A DNA stretch of 54,210 bases from an uncultured Eubacteriales bacterium. GTDB taxonomy: Bacteria > Bacillota_I > Bacilli_A > RFN20 > JAISJY01. Positions 48,190-54,210 of this stretch are shown one piece after another. A program made the translations under genes and the position numbers. The stretch spans positions 1 through 54,210 of the forward strand of contig CAZYEI010000004.1 in the NCBI GenBank assembly GCA_964646425.1, given 5' to 3'. Positions within the stretch are counted from its first letter, which is position 1. Each line of letters begins with the position of its first letter. Under the pieces are notes generated by a model that saw only the letters and a list, made by a program, of their open reading frames with translations, was not told where the DNA came from and searched no databases.

Positions 48190-50733
48190 TTGAGAGTTAT
48201 GACAAAAAAACCTCCATTTTCACCAATGATGATGAAATATCTAGAAGTTAAAGAACAACATAAAGATGCTTTATTACTTTATCGTCTAGGAGATTTTTAT
48301 GAATTATTTTTTGAAGATGCGAAAATTGCATCAAGAGAATTAGAATTAGTATTAACTGGTAAAGATGCAGGAGCAGATGAAAGGGTTCCAATGTGTGGTA
48401 TGCCATATCATGCTGTTAATGGATATATTGATAAACTAATAAAAAAAGGATATAAGGTAGCGATAGCAGAACAATTAGAAGATCCTGCTGTGGCCAAAGG
48501 TCTTGTTAAAAGAGGAGTAATTCAAGTTGTTACTCCTGGAACGGTAATTGGTTCTGGATTGGAAGAAAAGAAAAATAATTATATTGCTGCGATAGAAGAT
48601 TTTAATTCTTTCTTTGTTATTTCATATGCTGATTTATCAACAGGAGAAATTGGAGTATTAAATATTGAACATGATGAGAATTCATTAACAAATGAACTTG
48701 AAGCTTTAGAATGCAAGGAAATAATCGTAGATCCGAAATTTAATTTGGCATATTTAGATTTAATGAAAGCTAAGCATAATATTACAATTTCTTATCAAGA
48801 AGAATCAGAAATCACTCTAGAATATGAATCTTTATTGGTAAATACTAATGATATTCGTCAAGAAAAGGCAATTGTAAGACTTGTAGATTATTTAACTAAA
48901 ACCCAAATGCGTAATCTAGATTATCTTCAACCTGCTAAAGTTATTAGGACAAAACAATTTTTGCAAATGGATGCTTTTACAAGATTTAATTTGGAATTAA
49001 CTAGAACAATTAGAAGTGATGATCGTTTTGGAAGTTTACTATGGATTCTTGATAAGACAAAAACAGCAATGGGAGGTAGATTGCTACAAAGATATATTGT
49101 TCGTCCTTTAGCTGACCAAATTGAAATAGAAAATCGATTAAATAATGTTGAAGCTTTAGCTAATAATTATCTTGAAAGAGTTGAAATCATTGATGGTTTG
49201 AAAGAAATATATGATTTACCTCGTCTAATCGGACGCATTGGCTATGGTAATGCTAATGCAAAAGATTTAATTCAATTAAGTAAATCGTTAAAAGTTATTC
49301 CTCAAATTAAAAATGCACTTTATAAGATTCAAACTCCTTCTTTATCTTTGATTGCGGATGCAATGCCTGATTTGAATGCAGTAAATGAGTTAATTGAGTC
49401 ATCGATTGTTGAAAATCCGCCATTTACTATTAAAGAAGGTGGAATGATTAAACAAGGCTTTAATTCGGATTTAGATGAACTAAATTCTTTATCAAAAGGT
49501 GGTAAAGAATGGATATCTCGACTTGAAACAATTGAAAGAGAAAGAACAGGAATTAAGGGGTTAAAAATCGGCTTTAATAAAGTTTTTGGTTTTTATATTG
49601 AAATCACTAATTCTTATTTACCTTTAGTAAAAGATGAATTTGGCTATATAAGAAAGCAAACTTTAACTAATGGTGAACGTTTTATTACCCAAGAATTAAA
49701 AGAAAAAGAGGCTTTAGTTTTAGGAGCGGAAGATAAAGCAATAAAATTAGAATATGAAATATTTGTTTCTATTAGAGATGAAATAAAAAAATATACTGAG
49801 CAAATACAAAGATTAGCAGAACAATTAGCTATTGTAGATGTATTAACTTCTTTTGCTGAAGTATCTATTGCTAATGATTTTGTTAGACCAACATTTAATA
49901 ACGAACATAAAATGGAAATTATTGAAGGTCGACATCCGGTTATTGAAAAGGTAATTGGACATAATGCTTATGTTCCTAATGATACTTACTTAAGTGAAAA
50001 TAAAAACTTGTTGCTTATTACAGGTCCTAATATGGGTGGTAAGTCAACTTATATGAGACAAGTTACTTTAATATGTATTATGGCGCAAATCGGTTGTTTT
50101 GTGCCTGCTAAAAGTGCTAATTTGAGTGTTGTTGATCAAATATTTACAAGAATTGGTGCTAGTGATGACTTGGTTTCTGGCCAATCAACTTTTATGGTGG
50201 AAATGAGCGAAGCCAATCATGCGTTAAAAAATGCTACTTCTAATTCTTTGATTATATTTGATGAAATTGGTAGAGGAACTTCTACATATGATGGTATGGC
50301 ACTTGCTCAAGCCATTATTGAATATATTGCTTTACGTATTAAGGCGTTTACTTTATTTTCAACGCATTATCATGAGTTAACTGCTTTGGAAGGAAAATTA
50401 CCAGGATTATATAATATTAGTGTCGGAATATATGAAGAAAATGAAAGAGTTACTTTTTTGTATAAAATTATTGAAGGTGCTGCAAATAAATCATATGGTA
50501 TTAATGTAGCTCGTCTTGCACATTTACCAGAGGATTTATTGAGTAGAGCAAATCAAATATTGGAAACATTGGAACAAAACAAGGCTACTACTGGTATTGT
50601 AGAATATAAAGTTGCTCCTAAGAAGCAAGAAGAACCAGAGTATATTAAAGAGATTAAAAAATTAGATCCTTTGGCTATGACACCGATGGATGCTCTAAAT
50701 TTCTTATATGAATTACAAAAAAAATTAAAATAA
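48190..50733 (+). CDS. mutS: DNA mismatch repair protein MutS
   Basis: GDFYELF, TGPNMGGKSTYMRQ, STFMVEM, DEIGRGTST. Confidence 0.98.
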   Translation: MRVMTKKPPFSPMMMKYLEVKEQHKDALLLYRLGDFYELFFEDAKIASRELELVLTGKDAGADERVPMCGMPYHAVNGYIDKLIKKGYKVAIAEQLEDPAVAKGLVKRGVIQVVTPGTVIGSGLEEKKNNYIAAIEDFNSFFVISYADLSTGEIGVLNIEHDENSLTNELEALECKEIIVDPKFNLAYLDLMKAKHNITISYQEESEITLEYESLLVNTNDIRQEKAIVRLVDYLTKTQMRNLDYLQPAKVIRTKQFLQMDAFTRFNLELTRTIRSDDRFGSLLWILDKTKTAMGGRLLQRYIVRPLADQIEIENRLNNVEALANNYLERVEIIDGLKEIYDLPRLIGRIGYGNANAKDLIQLSKSLKVIPQIKNALYKIQTPSLSLIADAMPDLNAVNELIESSIVENPPFTIKEGGMIKQGFNSDLDELNSLSKGGKEWISRLETIERERTGIKGLKIGFNKVFGFYIEITNSYLPLVKDEFGYIRKQTLTNGERFITQELKEKEALVLGAEDKAIKLEYEIFVSIRDEIKKYTEQIQRLAEQLAIVDVLTSFAEVSIANDFVRPTFNNEHKMEIIEGRHPVIEKVIGHNAYVPNDTYLSENKNLLLITGPNMGGKSTYMRQVTLICIMAQIGCFVPAKSANLSVVDQIFTRIGASDDLVSGQSTFMVEMSEANHALKNATSNSLIIFDEIGRGTSTYDGMALAQAIIEYIALRIKAFTLFSTHYHELTALEGKLPGLYNISVGIYEENERVTFLYKIIEGAANKSYGINVARLAHLPEDLLSRANQILETLEQNKATTGIVEYKVAPKKQEEPEYIKEIKKLDPLAMTPMDALNFLYELQKKLK

Positions 50734-50755
50734 TTATGAAAGGATGTGACCTTTT

Positions 50756-52525
50756 ATGGCACAGGTACATTTATTAAGTCCATCATTATCAAATATGATT
50801 GCTGCGGGAGAAGTTGTTGAGCGTCCTGTAAGTGTTGTTAAAGAATTAATTGAAAATGCTCTTGATGCTAAGGCACATCATATTGATATTTATATTGAAG
50901 ATGCCGGAAGAAAAAAAATTGAAGTTAGGGATGATGGCAAAGGCATGGATAAGGAAGATGCTGTCATGGCATTTAAAAGACATGCTACAAGTAAAATACA
51001 AGATCGTGATGATCTATTTAATATTGAAACATTAGGTTTTAGAGGTGAAGCGTTACCTTCAATTGCAGCTGTTAGTGAAGTAACTTTAATAACTTCGACA
51101 GGAGAGAATGCTGGTACTAAGGTAGAAATTAGTGGTACTGAAATAAAAAGCATCGAAAATAGCAACGCTAGAAAAGGTACATCAGTTATTGTTAAAAACT
51201 TGTTTTTTAACACACCAGCACGGTTAAAGTATTTGAAGTCTGATAATACTGAATTTGCACAAATCTATGATGTAGTATCTAAAATTGCCTTGGGATATCC
51301 AAATGTTATTTTTAAATTATATCATAATGATAAAGAATCTTTTTCTACAACAGGAAGAGGCGATATTTTAGAAATTATTGCTAAAACAATGGGATATGAT
51401 ACCGCTAAAAATATGCTAAAAGTAAGTAAAGAAAATTATGATTTTAAAGTTGAAGGGTTTACGACAAAAATTCAAGTAAATAAAGCTAATAGATATTCTA
51501 TTATTGTATTAATTAATGGTAGATATGTTCGGGTTAATGCAATAACTAATGCTGTAATAGATGCATATAAAACTTATATCCCTGAAGGAAGATATCCTGC
51601 TGCTATTTTGAATATTGAAGTTGATCCTATTTTAGTTGATATAAATGTTCATCCAGCTAAGCATGAAGTTCGTTTATCTAAAGAAGATGAACTAAGTAAG
51701 CTAGTTAAAGAGGCAATATTAGAGGCTTTAAGAATAGATATAATGCCTCCTAAAATTGAAACCAAAAAGGATAAAGTAGAAATAATACGTCCTACATTAG
51801 AACTTGACTCACCAGAATTTATTACAACAATTTCTCAAGAAGTAATCACTTCTGCACAAACAGCAATAGTTGATCCTACTGAAAAAGAAATTGAAATGAA
51901 AGTGGAAGATGCTCCAAGTAAAATAGAGGAAGTAATTATCGAAAAGCCTGCTTTTTATGTACGTGCAATTGGTCAAATTCTTGGTACATATATAGTATGT
52001 GAAATAGATGAAGGAATGTTTATAGTTGATCAACATGCTGCAGCAGAGAGAATTAATTATGAAAAATATCAAAAATTATTAAATCAAAAGCATGGTACAA
52101 CCGAGTTATTGTTACCATTAGTAATTGAATATAGTTTTAAAGAAACTAAAATTATTTTAGAGAAGAAAAATTTATTAGAAGAAATTGGTATTTTTGCTGA
52201 AGAATTTTCTAATACTGCAATAAGAATCAGTGAAGTTCCCCTTTGGATGCAAGGTACAAATATTGAAATATATGTAAAAGATATAATCGAAGAATTATTA
52301 CATAAACCAACGATAGATATCCCTTCTATTAGATCCTTAGCAATTGCTACACTAAGTTGTAAAGCTTCAATAAAAGCTAATCATTCACTTAACTTAGATG
52401 ATATGCAAAATCTTGTGGTAACTTTGTTAAAGTGTGAAAATCCAAATACGTGTCCTCATGGAAGACCAACAATATTAAAATATACAAAGTATGAATTAGA
52501 AAAATTCTTTAAGAGAGTAATGTAA
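50756..52525 (+). CDS. mutL: DNA mismatch repair protein MutL
   Basis: IAAGEVVERP, GFRGEAL, DQHAAAER, CPHGRP. Confidence 0.98.
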   Translation: MAQVHLLSPSLSNMIAAGEVVERPVSVVKELIENALDAKAHHIDIYIEDAGRKKIEVRDDGKGMDKEDAVMAFKRHATSKIQDRDDLFNIETLGFRGEALPSIAAVSEVTLITSTGENAGTKVEISGTEIKSIENSNARKGTSVIVKNLFFNTPARLKYLKSDNTEFAQIYDVVSKIALGYPNVIFKLYHNDKESFSTTGRGDILEIIAKTMGYDTAKNMLKVSKENYDFKVEGFTTKIQVNKANRYSIIVLINGRYVRVNAITNAVIDAYKTYIPEGRYPAAILNIEVDPILVDINVHPAKHEVRLSKEDELSKLVKEAILEALRIDIMPPKIETKKDKVEIIRPTLELDSPEFITTISQEVITSAQTAIVDPTEKEIEMKVEDAPSKIEEVIIEKPAFYVRAIGQILGTYIVCEIDEGMFIVDQHAAAERINYEKYQKLLNQKHGTTELLLPLVIEYSFKETKIILEKKNLLEEIGIFAEEFSNTAIRISEVPLWMQGTNIEIYVKDIIEELLHKPTIDIPSIRSLAIATLSCKASIKANHSLNLDDMQNLVVTLLKCENPNTCPHGRPTILKYTKYELEKFFKRVM

Positions 52526-52526
52526 T

Positions 52527-53459
52527 ATGCAAAAAATATTAGTAATTGTCGGTCCAACAGGAGTTGGTAAAACTAAGTTATCTATTGCTTTAGCTAAGGA
52601 ATTTGATTATGAAATTATAAGTGGAGATTCTATGCAAATTTATAAAGGTATGGATATTGGTACTGCTAAGGTAACAAAAGAAGAAATGAAGGGTATTGTT
52701 CATCATTTGATAAATATTAAAGAAGTTAACGAATCATATTCTTGTGCTGATTTTCAAACTGAAGTGAGAAAAAAAATCACTGAGATTTTAGAAAAAGGAA
52801 AAAAAGTAATGATTGTTGGTGGTACAGGATTATATTTGAGGTCATGTTTATATGATTACACTTTTAGTGAAGAAGTAGAAAGAAATACTGAAATTATCGA
52901 TAAGTATGCTCAATTATCTAATGAAGAATTATATCAACATTTAACCCAAATTGATGAAGAATCTGCAAAAATATTACATCCTAATAATCGTAGAAGAGTA
53001 CTAAGAGCAATTGAAATATATGAAAAAAGCGGAAAAACAAAAAGCGAAAATTTAAGTAATCAAACACATAAATTATTATATGATGCTTTAATATTAGGTT
53101 TAGATTTAAATCGAGAAACGCTACATAAACGTCAAGATGCTAGGGTGGATAAAATGATTGAAGATGGTTTGGAAAACGAAGTAAGAAATCTATATGAAGT
53201 AGATGGCTTTTTACAAGGAACTGCTAGCAAAGCTATTGGATATAAAGAATTTTTTCCATATTTTCTAGGTAAGATTACTTTAGATGAAGTTATAAAAGAT
53301 ATAAAAATTCACACTCATCAATATACTAAAAGACAATATACATGGTTTAGAAATCAAATGGATGTTAATTGGATAAATGTAAATGTAGAAAATTTTGATC
53401 AAACTATTAATGAAGCAAAAGGATTAGTTAATGAATGGTTAAAATTAAGTCGGAGATGA
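52527..53459 (+). CDS. miaA: tRNA dimethylallyltransferase
   Basis: GPTGVGKT, DSMQIYKGMDIGTAK, GGTGLY, KRQYTWF. Confidence 0.97.
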   Translation: MQKILVIVGPTGVGKTKLSIALAKEFDYEIISGDSMQIYKGMDIGTAKVTKEEMKGIVHHLINIKEVNESYSCADFQTEVRKKITEILEKGKKVMIVGGTGLYLRSCLYDYTFSEEVERNTEIIDKYAQLSNEELYQHLTQIDEESAKILHPNNRRRVLRAIEIYEKSGKTKSENLSNQTHKLLYDALILGLDLNRETLHKRQDARVDKMIEDGLENEVRNLYEVDGFLQGTASKAIGYKEFFPYFLGKITLDEVIKDIKIHTHQYTKRQYTWFRNQMDVNWINVNVENFDQTINEAKGLVNEWLKLSRR

Positions 53460-53465
53460 TTTGAT

Positions 53466-54170
53466 CTGGATAAAAAAGAAAAAAGAAGAATTATTATTAA
53501 ATTATTTGTAATTTTAATATTAGTTGCAATTATATTTATCTTAGCAATAGTGTTCTTTCCTGAAATAAAAAAGTTAATAGATAAAGATAATCAAGATAAT
53601 ATTGTTAATAGAATAAGAGAATATGGAATTTATGGTTGGTTTATTTTTTTATTAATCCAAATAGTTCAAATAGTTATATCGTTTATTCCTGGAGAGCCTG
53701 TAGAAGTTATGGCTGGTATGATTTATGGTTCTTTTGGTGGTTTATTAACTTGTATGCTTGGTTGTTTTATAGGAAGTGCTATTGTTTATTATTTATCAAT
53801 AAAAATTGGTAAATCATTTATTAGGTTGTTTGTAAAAAATAAAGATTTGGAAGAAGTTAAATTTTTAAAGAACGAGAAAAGAGTAGAAGAACTTGTTTTT
53901 TTGTTTTATTTCATTCCCGGTACACCCAAAGATTTAATCACATATTTAGCACCTTATACTAAGATAAAACCAATAAAATTTTTTATAATATCAACATTTG
54001 CCAGAATCCCTTCAATTATTACTTCAACATGGGCTGGCTCTAGTATTACTGCAAATAATTGGAAATTAACAGTAGGAGTGTTTGTAGGAACGTTTATAAT
54101 AGCTTTAATGGGACTATTTGTACGTAAAAAGTTTTTTTATAAAAATGATGATATAAATGAAAATAACTAA
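53466..54170 (+). CDS. TVP38/DedA (VTT-domain) membrane protein
   Basis: FIPGEPVEVMAG, FIPGTPKD, ARIPSI; frame is open upstream of GTG 53550 to a CTG at 53466, so the start is uncertain. Confidence 0.8.
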   Translation: MDKKEKRRIIIKLFVILILVAIIFILAIVFFPEIKKLIDKDNQDNIVNRIREYGIYGWFIFLLIQIVQIVISFIPGEPVEVMAGMIYGSFGGLLTCMLGCFIGSAIVYYLSIKIGKSFIRLFVKNKDLEEVKFLKNEKRVEELVFLFYFIPGTPKDLITYLAPYTKIKPIKFFIISTFARIPSIITSTWAGSSITANNWKLTVGVFVGTFIIALMGLFVRKKFFYKNDDINENN

Positions 54171-54195
54171 AAAGCCACATATATGTGGCTTTTTA
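54169..54195 (+). terminator. Intrinsic terminator
   Basis: AAAAAGCCACAT-AT-ATGTGGCTTTTT. Confidence 0.8.
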
Positions 54196-54210
54196 CATAA
54201 AATTGTTATG

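Noticed and set aside
1-54210. CRISPR array, rRNA/tRNA genes, genetic code 4
   Set aside because: No regularly spaced repeats or structural RNA genes noticed by eye; long genes are intact under code 11, Trp is TGG, and TGA ends genes such as the FAD oxidoreductase and miaA

Overview
AT-rich Bacillota chromosome segment (genetic code 11; probably a small-genome member of the Bacilli, inferred from gene content only) spanning the replication origin: dnaX-recR-tmk-holB-yaaT-rsmI, gyrA-gyrB-recF-yaaA-dnaN-dnaA, DnaA-box clusters, a TPP-riboswitch/thiT unit, rpmH-rnpA-yidC-jag-mnmE-tatD-rnmV-rsmA-yabG, then ispE-prs, trkHA and mutS-mutL-miaA. A 12.57 kb element (26609-39175) sits between yabG and ispE. 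It has TG...CA degenerate inverted ends and a 26-bp flanking duplication. It encodes an IS481-type DDE transposase, a rolling-circle HUH Rep, a Zot/pI-like membrane ATPase, an 800-aa membrane-anchored surface protein and several small membrane or basic proteins, with no recognisable tailed-phage or lysis genes. I read it as a transposable, non-lytic, inovirus-like (possibly enveloped) provirus. Three further signals stand out: (1) joining the two ends would create a near-consensus TTGACA-17/18-TACAAT promoter aimed into the viral operon; (2) five perfect TTGACA-N6-TGTCAA palindromes lie across the element, with none found by eye in the host flanks; (3) an antisense, independently promoted 81-aa membrane protein copies a 23-aa juxtamembrane motif of the large surface protein. 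All calls are from motif recognition by eye; no database searches were run.
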